From positions 12,586,001 through 12,650,000 of the forward strand of contig OZ176054.1 in assembly GCA_964247055.1 (NCBI GenBank): DNA of 64,000 bases, read 5' to 3'. Source of the DNA: Paragordius varius. Taxonomy: Eukaryota; Animalia; Nematomorpha. Positions 40,859 to 54,100 of the stretch are shown here, piece by piece. Every line of letters starts with the position of its first letter. Position 1 is the first letter of the stretch. The notes below the pieces were generated by a model. That model worked only from the letters and a program-made list of their open reading frames with translations, did not search any database and was not told where the DNA came from. Made by a program: the position numbers and the translations under genes.

Positions 40859-43800
40859 CAGTGGTCCTCAAACCGGGGCCCGCGGGCCGCACGCGGCCCT
40901 AGCTTTAAATTTGCCCTATGACCATATTGATACTTAAATTATATTTTTATTGATAAATTTTTTAAAATACACATGTTTCGCTAATTTTAATATTAATTTA
41001 TTTTCATTTAATTGGTAATTTTTAATATTTATCCATACGTAGAAAAATTCCCTATAAGATGATATAAAAATTTTAACACACGTTGTTTTTATTTCTGTAT
41101 TCTATTTTCTTTGATTGGTTGGTTTTTCCAAAGTCGTAAACGACTTTTTGGATATAGTTTTTACTATTTCTTTCCATTTTCTTCTATCTTTTGCCGCTAA
41201 AATAGGATCGTTTAATGTCATTTTAGTCTCTTTTTTTATCGTATCCAACCACCTCATCGATGTCGGCCTCGTTTCCTTTGCCCTTCTACCTTCCCAATTG
41301 TATCGTTCTCTAGAAAATTCGATCGCATGACATGACCAAAATATATTAAATTTCTTTTTAGATTTATCTCCAGAATGTTTGTTTTAGGTTTTATTTCTGT
41401 AGTTAGATTTCCATTCTTAATTATCCTTCCAGGTGTATCCTAGCATACGCCAGCAGCTCCTTTCAAAAGCCATGAGCATTTCTTTGTCCCTTTTTCTGAG
41501 AGTCCAACTCTCACATCCATATGTGGTGACCGGGAGAACGAAACAGTAGGGTAATCTTTTTTTGGTTTCAACTCCTACGCTTTTGTTTTTCCAAATCTTT
41601 ATTAATTTGGTCATCGCCTCTACCCAATCCTATCTTTCTGATGTCAAGAGTTGAAGACCCATCCTCTGAAATTATTCCCCCCAAAAATGTTAACTGTTTA
41701 ACTATTTCTATTTCTACTCCTTCTATAATAATTGTAGGCTTTCTCCAGTACAGTTTGGTTTTGTTAAGATAAGAGTGGTATCGTCTGCAAATGTTAAATT
41801 ATTGATTGTTCTTCCTCCTATTCTTACTCCAATATATTTACCACTAACTTCCTCATTATTATTTCTGTGCACATATTGAACAGATAAGGGGATAAACAAC
41901 ACCCTTGCCTGACTCCTTAAAAGATAGGTATTTCGTCTGTGTCCCCCGCTGATGTTCTAATAATCGCTCTTTGTTGTACATAGAGAGAGCTAATCAATCT
42001 TATTTAGTGAGACGATACCCCTACAAACTTAAATGTTTCCCACAAGGAGTCATAGTTAATGGAATCGAAGGCTTGCCTGTAATCAATAAAAGACATGTAT
42101 AATTCTTTCTGGAACTCTTTAGATGTTTCTCTTATCCTTCTCATGTTTGAGATATGGTTTCTTGTGCCTTTTCCCTTCATAAATCCGGCTTGATTTTCTG
42201 ACTGTATGATACTGTGCATCCTGTTTTGTATTATTTTTAGTAAGACCTTACTAGCGTGGCTAATAAGAGATATGTTCCGATAGTTCTCGCACTGGAGTAC
42301 ATCTCCTTTGTATATTGGATGATAAACCGATGATATCCAGTCGTTTGGCCACTCACATGTTTCCCACACCTTTTGACATAACTTGTGTGACGTTTCTACC
42401 GGAATAGCTTTTATGAACTCTATTGGCATATTGTATAATCCCATCGCTTTGTCGTTAAGAATTTGTTTTAAGGCTAATTCAACCTCCTCTCTTAGTATAT
42501 CTGGATCACGTTCTTCTTCTTCTTTTAATTGCAACACATTTGCTTGAGGAGCTTGATAGAGTTTTTGGGTGTATTCCTTCCATCTTTCTCGTACTTCTGT
42601 TTGTTTGCACATAATGGTGCCATCCTCTTTTTTAATCTTTTGGGATGATATAAAAGGTTTATGAATTCTCTTCAGTTTCTGGAACATTGGTTGCATTAAT
42701 CCTTTTTTATTATTAAAACTTCCAGACATTGTTTATTAAGAAAATCTTTTTAATCCTTCCTTGTTTGTCGTAATTTAACCATTTTATTATCACCTCTTGA
42801 TTTAGCTTTTCTCCTCTTCCCTGCTATCTCTAAGCTCTTTTCTGATATCCATTTGTTATCTTTCTTTAGTCTCTGCACTTTTTCTTTTGCCACTTCATTA
42901 ATAAAAATTTTTATCGTTCCTCATAATTGTTCTGAGCTACATTCGTTGTCCAATCTTTCTAATATTTTAAGTTTGATTTTGAGTACTAAAAGCTCATGAT
43001 CGCTAGAGCAATCGCTGCTTTTGCTTGTTTTGGTATCGAGTATAGAGCCTTTGCATTTTGAGGACATATTATGTAATCAATTTGGTTCTTATATTTACCA
43101 CACGGATAGGTCCATGTGTATAACCTCCTATTGTGTTGTGGAAACCATGTGCTGGTTATCATCATCTCATTTTCTTGACAAAAATTGATCAGTGCTTCCC
43201 CGGCCTCGTTTCGTTTTCTCCCAATCCATATGGGCCAACTATTTGATTTACTCTACCTCTACCAGCTTTGCTGTTCCAACCCCCTCCTATGATAATCATA
43301 CTTTCTTCGTTTCATCCAAAACTATTTGCAACTTTGCATAAAAATCCTCTATGTCTTCTTTGGAAGAGTTTGACGTAAATAGACTACTATGTATATAAAT
43401 TTAAGTGGCTTGGCATTCAGCCTAATACTCATGATTCTGGATGTATATGGTGTATAACTAATGAGACTTTAATTTAATTTGTTTTTTTATTAATACTGCA
43501 ATGCCTTCTGATTTCTGGTCATCTCTCCCCAATCTTAACAATGTATAATTTTCGTGTGGTTTCGCGCTACCTTTTTGCTTGGTTTCCGTTAGACCCAGTA
43601 TATCTAAGTTTAATCTCATTTCCTTTTCAATTATCACCTGTTTGGTTTCTGTTAATGAACGTACGTTCCAGCATCCAACTTTGAAAAGTCGCCTTAAGTT
43701 CATATAGTAAACTATTTTTTGGCAGTAATAAAACGAGGGTGGTTTGCCATTGCCTTCCCTCTCACTTACCCTCTTTACAAAAAAAAATAAAAAACACAAA

Positions 43801-46230
43801 TATCTAGGATTATAAATAAAATAGAGTAGTCCTTATAAATGTTGCCAATTTGGATAAATAATAAATATTAATATTTCACTTTGTCTAGCAATCATAAAAG
43901 AAAAATATAAGGAAATTATGGCTACGCTAGTAAAAATAAAATAATTAGGCACCAAGGAGTAGAGAAAAAAAAGAGCTAATATGTAAACGATGATTTTTTG
44001 ATGAATTATGATATATTACTCTTTAAATTACATACTTAGCATACAAATAAAAAAACTCTACAAAACAAAAAAAAGATTAATAATTACAAAAAGGAACCTT
44101 TTATATATATTTATAGATAATCTAAAATAATTTTACTCTCCTTAAATGTCTTGCCGCTTTTAATCATGAAATTATTGCATTCCTTTTTTCATGCAAGCCT
44201 TTGATCTAAACTTGCATATACTTATTCTTTTCATTGCTATCTTGCATCATTTTTTATAACTCATTTCTATAAAATAATTTTCAAATCAACATCATTTAAT
44301 TTCGACCTGTTTTTTATAGCATAATTCAAATTATACTTCAAATTTTTTTTAAAAAAACTACAGAATATTTAAACATAAATTCAAAGGATGACATCTAATG
44401 CTAAAAAATGTAAATGATCTGATGAAAATCGCTCCTTTAAAAAAGAATTGGAAGAAAAATTCTTTGTAGTTTAAATAAAAATCTTGTTACCTAGCAAAAT
44501 AATTATAAAAAATATTGATAGACATTTTACAATCCATCATTCTCATAAATTAGCAGAAAATTATGAGTAAAGATACGAAAAATATAAAATTAAGGAATTA
44601 TACCAGAAAGAAAAATCTGTTATGTACATATATTTCTTCCAGGAATAAGCTATAGCTTTGAGATTTGCTATTATAAAAAATATAAACGTTCACTGATTAT
44701 CAACTAATAAAAGTTTGTCTAATAAATGGTTTCCCTTTTTTATTTGATATAAAGATCAAATTATGCTGCAAATCAAAAAACTTCATCTTTTTGATTCAGC
44801 ATGTGCTTGACTCATTAAAGATATATCTAAAAATTTTTTTTAAAATATATTATTGGCTTTGAAAAAACTGCTTATATTTTATTGCTATTGATTTTAGCAG
44901 TGATATTGGTTCATTACCATAATGTGCGCTCTTCGGGATTTGCAACGACAACAATCAACGACAATATTTAAAATTTTTACCAATGAACCACGAAAAGAAG
45001 GTATTTTGCCGAAATAATTAGCGCTTTTTTCCATAATAATGGTATATCTGTAATTGGTTTCAATTTGCACATATGGCTGTCCCTCTATAATTGGAATAAA
45101 CAAAGGATTCATTCCTCTTTTTAAAAACAAATATAAATTGCAAAATATTTTATCCTTTCGCTTTATTCATCAGCAAATTGTTTCACGTGTAAAAGATGAA
45201 TCACTCAATTGAGTATTATAACGGTTGTGAATATAGTTAGCCACATCAACCACCGTAAATTAAAACCTTATGATATCCACATTGTGATATTACATCGTGA
45301 GATGGCTCCTTAGCAAAATAAATAGATTTTATGTTTAAGACATGAAATTTTATTATTTTTAAAGATAACCAAAAGTTTGAAGAGAAATCTAATAGTGAAA
45401 AATGGTGGGTTTTATTAGCCAACCTTTGCGAAATTACTTAAAAACTTATTTTTTAATACAATTCTTTAAGTGAGCAAAATAATTACCCGATTTGTTAATA
45501 AGATATTTGCTCTTTTTAAAAAGAATAATAATATATAACCCAACTTTTGAACGATTCATGAAGAAAATATGGAATTTACCGCTATATTAATTTAATAATA
45601 GACAATCATTTGACATTTTTATCTAATGAGATGTAATTCAGATTACAAGAAATATTAAAAATTGCTCAAAACTCGTTGAAAATCCATGGCTTATGGGTAT
45701 ATCCAATATTAGCAACAACATTTCGGTTTTGATCAGGCGCCATATCATTGAATAATTCGTAGATTTTAAAAATGATTCCAAAGAGGATAAAAGAGCATCG
45801 TAGAGGAGAAATAAGTGTAGAGTTTTAAGTGGTATTAAATATAATAAAATTTTCTCAAGCTAATCTAACTATTTTTCCCTCAAATTACACGTGTGGGGGT
45901 ATTTGAATTATGTCAAGTAGAGAAATCTTTTAATCGATGATTAAACAGACGACGTATTAAGATTGCCCTGTAGAGGCGAAACTAAATTTGTCAAAATTAT
46001 TGGTTAATATCAAAATAAATGTTCTTAAAATATTTTAATTTTTTTTAACTAAATGGTGCAAAACGAGTAGCTGGGTATACATCCGATCCGCAAAAAAATT
46101 ATTTTTTAGAGTATATATATCTGCTTATGTGTCAAAGAGCTGTTTAATATTTGCTATTATAAGGTTCATGGCCCTCAAAATAAAAATATATTTTATTTGG
46201 CCCGTCAATTTTTTTTGGTGAGTACCACTT
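40859..46230 (+). mobile_element. Decayed Buster-type hAT, copy 2, with a nested RTE
   Basis: TIR CAGTGGTCCTCA / TGAGTACCACTT. TSD TAATAAAT / CAATAAAT. Transposase relics ~44170-45950 match copy 1. Confidence 0.9.
41111..43780 (-). mobile_element. Near full-length but decayed RTE LINE
   Basis: KVGCWNVRSL...ILGLTET (APE). 241-aa RT piece NYRNISLISHASKVLLKII...QAGF...FIDYRQAFDS. 5' leader motif GGAAGGCAATGGCAAACCAC. Confidence 0.92.
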
Positions 46231-48644
46231 CAATAAATTAAGATATTTAGGTGTACAAATAATTAATAAATTGTGCAAATATTATGGTTTTATCTAAACA
46301 TAAAAAGTGGAAAGACCAACTTGAGGGCTTAAGGACCAACTTCAAATCACAAAGACCATGTAGAAATGTTCAAGGACCAACTTAAAGTGTTCGGGATACA
46401 CTTCAAGTGCAAATGATATATAACCAATATATCGTGTAATAAAAAAAGTTTTTTTAGATAATTTGCACTCTAGCTTATAATTTGTACATCCATATTTTTA
46501 CAATTCGATGCGGGAAAAAGATGAATATTACAACACAGTTTTTCTGTAATATAGGAATTTTAACCTGAAAATTGTCATTAAAAATTTTATAATTTTGGAT
46601 ATTGATATCAGCTTTTGGGCATAAAAACTCTAAATTAAAATGTTGAGTCGTCGTCAAATCTTTTATTTGTTAAATCTATTAACTATGCGACTAATAAATT
46701 TAAATTTAAAATTACCACATCTCTGTAAACTATACATATTTTTATTGATTTGGCTTTATTATTTTGTTGGATTTATAAACGATAAAAAGGAAACATTTAG
46801 CTAATAACAGAAATATTTAGCTTTAGACATTACACCATTACAAAATCCTTTATAAATCCAAAGAAAATATAACTTGATATTTATATTCAAAATTGCATGT
46901 ACCTGTAAATATATGGTTTTCAGGGATTCCTTTAAATTAGAATAAAAATTAAAATTCCATAAAATTTATAAAAAAAATTAATGTGCATATAATTTTATTA
47001 CAATAAAGAAAATTTATCCTTTTAATTAAATTAAGGGGCTAAAGAATGTTGCGCAATTCGGATTTTTTTTCCATTACACCAAATCCGAGTTAAATAAAAA
47101 TGTGAGTTGATAACGTGACTGCCCCGTCATTTATTTTTTAATTAAAATTAATAATAAAGTTAGTGGGGAAGTTAAGATTTTAAAGAGTATGTTTTTACAA
47201 AAAAATATTTTTGTCAGTTATGTTAAATTGAAAAAATACATTAAAAAAGTACGGTTGGAAGGTTGTGTCTTCTTAATTATATAACTTTTAATTTTTAATG
47301 TAAGTCAATTACATAACTTTCTTACTGTAGAAAGTTATTTTAACTGTATATTTTAAATTGTAATCAAAGAATGAATAAAACCTGTATTAATTGTTAGCAC
47401 AATATAGTTTAGTATCCATGACAAGAGAATCAAAAATTTTGGCATTACGGCTTTATAAATTGTAGAAAAAAAATTGTGATTTTTTTATATCGAAAAAAAA
47501 TTATATTTATAATATTTTGTTAATTATTATATAAATGTTGCAATATTAAAGTTCTTTCTTTAGGTAATACAAAAAATTTTGTTAACATCAACACAAATTT
47601 TGTTTGGATTAGCGTTTTGGGAGAAACTCAGTAGTTTTTGTACCCATATTGTATATATAGAGGGGTCAAAGATCATTATACTTGTTGTATATGTTAAGTA
47701 TGTTGATCTGCACATTCAACAAAAGTCAAAAGTTCCCCTCTAAAATCAAACCTAAAAACGTAAATACTTTTGTTATTATACGCATATTATATATAGGGGT
47801 TAAAGATCAAATTTATAGTTTTTGTATATATGTTAAGTATGTTGTTCTACACATTCTACAAACAAAATTTCCCCTCTCACAAGTACGATAAAAATTGAAT
47901 AAAATTAAACAAGCAAAACATAAAAACAAAAACAAAATTTCTAGATAACCATCACGTATTTAACCTTAATTCGTATACATATTGATAAACAGTTCATGAC
48001 CTTTTCACTTTATCGTCAGCGATAACATATTGAGATAGTTAAAGCTCAATCTTGTGTTTAAATTTAATTATCAAACATGTTGTCACCTCGATCTGTGGGA
48101 CAGCTCCAAAATAATATTAAACATAACTGCTGATATCAAGTTTTTAGTGGTCAAATGCACGTTTCCAATTCTTGAATTATATAAATATATCATAGAATGG
48201 TCTTTATTTTCATATAATACATTATGCATTAGAAAAATCTAAAGTATAGAAATTTAGCATAATTAATAACTTATGATTACCATATAATTCAGTAATATTG
48301 CGCTCTCCCTTTTTTAATTAAATACTTCTTCTCTTTTTCACTTGTAAAAATATATATATTAATATTTGTCTCTATGAGCTATTTGTAGCAGCCTAGGTTC
48401 TTTATGATAAGTTTGGACTATAAATAGTTAGTCGTCATATTCTCTGAGATCAATTTAAAAAAAATCGAAATTACAGCAGGAGAAAAAACATTGCCAACTT
48501 TTCATTAGATATTGTAAAATAGCATTAATTTTCTCTGCGTAAAATGATTTAGAAAAGTATAATATTTTTAGCTGTACTTAGGTAAATGGACTATATATTC
48601 TCTTAAATGCTAAAGCAAGTCTAATATTATTATCCTAAATAGAG

Positions 48645-48912
48645 AAGGGGTGCCCGACACGCGGGCCGCATGCAGCTCTTGAGAAATTTCAAATACAAAA
48701 TTTCACAAAATGCAAGTAAAATTAATTTTATTTTTAAATAAATTTTCCAAATAAATCGCTTGCAATCAATTAGCAAAAAATGAAAATATATAGTAGTTTT
48801 TCACAGTCCTCTAATAAATATTTGGTGTTGCCCATATATTTTGCTAATACGGCCCATCAAATTTTTTAATCCAAATATGCCCCCGCGAAGTCATTTTTAT
48901 TGGATAGCCCTG
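48645..48912. mobile_element. hAT-like MITE
   Basis: AGGGGTGCCCGACACGCGGGCCGCATGC ... TGGATAGCCCTG. Confidence 0.6.
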
Positions 48913-49265
48913 TTGTAGCGTGTAAAATTGGGTTAATTTTAATGAAAATTAGATCATATTGATGATATAAATTTTTATGTTTAAATTGAATAAATATGTT
49001 AATGTGGGTTTTATAATGATTGATTTTAGTCATTTGGGGAGGATTTTTGCATATTTTATTTTTTTATAAACATAAGAATATTGTAATTAATTTTTGAATG
49101 ACATCGAATGAAATTGCTAACTTAATATAATTATAACATTTTTTATAAATGTGGAATGAAATAGGGTTACTATTGTTATTTTTATTATTTTTATATATTT
49201 TGGACCAATAAACTTTTGGTTTAATATATTTTCAAGCTCCTGTAAGATAATTATTATAATATAAT

Positions 49266-50890
49266 ACTAGCGTAAATCTCGTGGTGTTACGCAGCCCGAG
49301 GAAATTCTTCGGACTTCTGGGGGGAGGGCTATTGGAAAAACGGGACAATAAAATGATCCACATATGTGGATTATTTCGAAACATTATTTAATAGATATGA
49401 TTTTATAGGAATTTTAAAACGGAGCATTCATATTAACATAAGGCTTAATTGGGGGAAAAATAGATTTAAAAAATTATTTTTGTGGACTTTGTTTTTTGAA
49501 AAAAATGGCATTTTACTGGGGGAGCGGGTAAAAAGAGGGACTAAATCAAAAAAGCGAGACGAGTATGTTCGGCGCAATCGAAAATAAGTAAACAAAAATC
49601 ATATTTGAAATTGAATGGACCAACACGTTCTCCAGAAAATTGTCTCAAAGACACGATTTTGGTGGACTTCTGTTTAAAAAAAACCGTTTTTCACACGGGG
49701 TGGGCCCGAACTGGCGAAACGGGCGAAGCTATTATCGGGGCGTTCATTAATGATTATATTTTTTCGAAGTTTGGATTTGAATGGGTCTACCGGTTTTCCG
49801 GTACCAGATCACAAAGCCAGCATTTTCCATTTTTATAAATATATAGATATAGATTACCATAAATAATGTTTTATTATCCATATATTTTTAACATCCTATG
49901 CATATGATAGATACTCCTTACTCAGCAGATATCATCAAAGTAACGCTTGACTAAAATTTTTGCCTTTTAACAGGGAATACGAAAAATCCTTATTGAATTT
50001 TTACAGTCTCATACCTTGGGCAACAAAATACAATCAAAAAATTATTTTTGTGGACTTTGTTTTTTGAAAAAAGTGGCATTTTACGGGGGTAGCGGGTAAA
50101 AAGAGGGCCTAAATCAAAAAAGCGAGACGACTATGTTCGGCGCAATCAAGAATAAGTAAACAAAAATCATATTTAAAATTGAATGGTCCAACACGTTCTT
50201 CGAAAAATTGCAACCCGTTTTTCACACGAGGTGGGCCCGAACTGGGGGCCTATTACAAAAAAGGGAGAAACTATTGTCGGGGCATTCATTAATGATTATA
50301 TTTTTTCGATGTTTGGATTTGATTGGGTTCACCGGTTTTCCGGAAACAGATCATAAAGCCACATGAAAAATCAGTTTTTAGCGGGTAGCTCCTTATCCAG
50401 CAGCTATCATCATAGAAACGCTTGACTAAAATTTTTGCCTTTTAACGGGGAATACGTGGAATCTTTATTGAATTTTTACAGTCTCATACCTTGGGCAAAA
50501 AAATACAATCAAAAATTATTTTTGTGGACTTTGTTTTTAAAAAAAAATGGCATTTTACGGGGGGAGCGGGTAAAAAGAGGGCCTTAATTAAAAAAGCGAG
50601 ATGACTATGTTCGGCGCAATCGAAAATAAGTAAACAAAAATCATATTTGAAATTGAATGGACCAACACGTTCTCCAGAAAAGACACGATTTTTGTGGACT
50701 TCTGTTTTAAAAAAAAAATCGTTTTTCACACGGGGTGGGCCCGAACTGGAGGCCTATTTCAAAAAACGGGCGAAGCTATAGTCGGGGCATTCATTAATGA
50801 TTATATTTTTTTGGATTTGAATGGGTCTATCGGTTTTCCGGTACCAGATCACAAAACCAGCATTTTCCATTTTTATAAATATATATAGAT
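49266..50890 (+). mobile_element. Helitron-like non-autonomous element in a tandem array of about three units
   Basis: Starts ACTAGCG. Units of ~480 bp. Subterminal hairpin ACCGG-TTTT-CCGGT. TATATAGAT ends at 49854 and 50890. Confidence 0.6.
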
Positions 50891-51117
50891 ATCGTCAAAA
50901 GAATAGTTACGGTTGAACTAAAGGACAATAATTTAACAAAAAAATAAAATTTTTATTATTTTTTAGGCCCTAAATAAAAATTGAATTATAAGGACGAAAC
51001 GTAAAAATATAAAAAGAAATATTTTTTTTTCAAAGACAACCTTACTTTTTCAAACCTTAATTTTTCTTCTAGAAGCTATTTAATAACGATGGTAAATAGC
51101 AAATAGGTTGTTTTATT

Positions 51118-51152
<35 letters not shown>

Positions 51153-54100
51153 ACTTCTCACTTTGCAATAGATAAAGAGTTATATTCAAAAAATGAAAAT
51201 AAAGTATCTATTAGAAAAAAAATATTTGTCTTTATTTTTTTTAATTTTGTCCGTATAAATATAATTTTTATTTATAATACCTTGATCATAAATTCAATTA
51301 TTTTAGTTAATGTTAAATATTTCCTTATGAGTATAATATGTCAAATATTTCCTTGCGAGTATAATATTTACATTATAATATATATATTTATATATATAAA
51401 AGAAATAGTTCCGTCCCACAAGATTTGGTTTGCAGCATTATAAAACACCTAATACTGTCGTATAATAATTGCGAATTTTCTATAGAATTCGATATTTCTG
51501 AACATTTTTTTGCCTCAAAAATTAAATTAATTCATGTGTATCTCCATTAAAAGCATAGTATGAAATGTGTATATAACAAAAAATTTAATTAAATTTTAAT
51601 ATAAACATACGTTTTAATCGAAATGATAATTGAAATGTTTTAGCGTCAAATACTTTACCTAAATCTACCATCCAAATTACATTAACTTAAATTACAACTT
51701 TAACAGGTTATGTCGAAATTCAAATTTTAAAGCAAAATATGTATTTTTTATAAAGTTATCTTTTTTGATGTCATAAATTAGATGTATTAAATTTTTTTAT
51801 CCCGAACATCAGCATTTTATCATTATATACCATTTATTCACCCAATAACCCAAACCCTAAAAATAAATTATGTGTTTTAGGGCTAATATAACTGATTTAT
51901 CAATAAAATATATATCTTTATGGCTTATTTAATTATTTTTTCAGTATTATTTAAATTTTAAACAAAATTTTATTTTTTTAAATAATTTTTAATCTTAAAA
52001 ACAAATAATTTATTTTAGGGTGAATTCGAATTGTGCAGGATGAATTTGAATTGTTCAAGGGTAAATTTAAATTATATAAGAGTGAATATGAAGTGTAAAT
52101 GGTATATATTGTACAATAATATTTTTTATTAATGTTTTAATCAAAACATTTATATCCATTTTTTTAAAAGGCACTGTATATTGATTATTCTTGATAGATA
52201 GATAGATACGTTACCTTACAATATTAAAAAAATATTTTTACTTTAAAAATAAAAATTAACTGCGCCCTGTAATGCGTCGCTGTGGTTTAATTGAATGTAA
52301 AATCCTACCAATATAATTTGGAAAAATTGGGGAATCCAAAAGAGTTAATGTAAGAAAATTGATTGCAACTAATTAAATAAAAAATCTTTTTTTGCAATCT
52401 GGATGGCACCGTTTTCTAGAAATTGATTTAGAGACGCATTTTTTGGACTTTTCATAAAAACCTCTATTTTTTACGGAACGGGATACTGCATTTAAAAATA
52501 AAAATATTTATCATCTATTTGGATGGTTTATAGAGTCGTATCAATCTAACTTTGCCTTGTCATTACATTGTTTTTAACCAATATTTATCCTATATTCAAG
52601 GTGAAGCATTTCATAAAGAATGGAGCTCTACCCAGTAATTAAAAAGGGCGGTCAATAATTAAAAACAGGTAACTTTCACATTGAATTACAAAGTGACTCC
52701 TTTAAGGGTGGAGCTCTACGACCAAAAAACCCGGGTTAAAATATTTGACTTTAAATGGGAAATATCTAAACACTATATTTATCTTATTTCACAACTTAAG
52801 TGCTTGTTACTGAAACCCGCTTAGTACATGATCGTATTGTTTACAGTGGGTGTATCCATTTCCATCGGAAAAGCCTAGTAAAAATATGCTGTGTACTGAA
52901 AATTAACCACTTTTTAATTTATATGGTTTTTTTGGTTTTTTTCGCTTCGACGCCACGTTATGTTAGTCACCCCTTTAATTTGAGTGAAACCCTATCTAGT
53001 TGCTAATTTTAAAAGCGCTGACAGAAACTTTTGCATTTATGCAGGAAATATATAAAATTATTCATATTACATGGTGTCGTAGCTATCCAAAAATTTACTT
53101 CGACGCCAGGATATTTCTATATGATGATTCATTTTACAGAGGTTGGACCCATAATCAGATTCTAATTGGCGAGAACATTGAATTATACATTTCTTTTTTA
53201 CTGTCAATAGCTAAAACTATTATTGTATTATATGTCTCAAAATTAGACTTTCACGTTATTCTAAATGTTGGTATTTTATGGGCCTACCCCTGGATTAGAT
53301 CGCATACTAAACATTTTGCCTGAAGGGAAATATATGAAATCATGTGACCTCATAGACGAATATTTGGTTTCAAAGTCAAGTTATTTTTTTATGATGGCGC
53401 ATTTTACAGATGAAGGAGTCCTAGGGGCTATACAAAGTTGCTGGATCGAATTTTATGTATGCTGAAAATAGCTAAATCCTAATTTAAACGATATGGTTTG
53501 TTATAGCTTATTTGATTTAAAGCTACGTCATTATTTGGTGGTGTATTTTAAATGGGTTGAAACCCGGTTGAACTGCTAATATAAAAAATTAGCTAAAATT
53601 TTATTAATGTACTGTCAAAATCGGTATTACTATTAATAGTCTCATAACATGGGCCATGAAATTCTTCGAAAATTTGATTTTAGTAAGATTTTTTTGCACA
53701 TTGTCATATTATGAGTGAAAGTGTGACTATGTTCAGCGTCCTTAAAAATAAAGAACTTAATTATTAAATCTTAGTGGGTATTTTTTTAGGAAAATAGTCC
53801 TAAAGACAGGATTTTTAAGGTTTAAATCTCTTTTGATAACCGCAATCTAATAGGGGTGGGCTCAACTCAATGGCGTATTCAAAAAGGCACAACCATAAAT
53901 GAAAAAACGTTTTTAAATAAATGGTTTATTTTCGGAAATCAGGTAAAAACATTAATATAATAAATTATATTATTTATTTAATTATTTTTATTTAGCACAA
54001 AAACAATAAAGTCAAAAGCCTTTTAGAGTTTATTTTAGCCTCATGCTTTAGCCACGACAACAATTTTCATTTTTAATTTGTAAGGTTTTTTAATGATAAT

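Larger units (their letters stand above)
40453..46416. mobile_element. MITE family B copy split by a hAT insertion (arms 40453-40858 and 46231-46416)
   Basis: Internal sequence is colinear with 24202-24810 across the hAT insertion point. Confidence 0.75.

Noticed and set aside
49366-50888. Several 64-81-aa ORFs
   Set aside because: They are frames of the repeated non-coding element.
52800-53465. Three overlapping short ORFs as a gene or transposase
   Set aside because: No recognisable motif. At most a faint Tc1/mariner-like relic.
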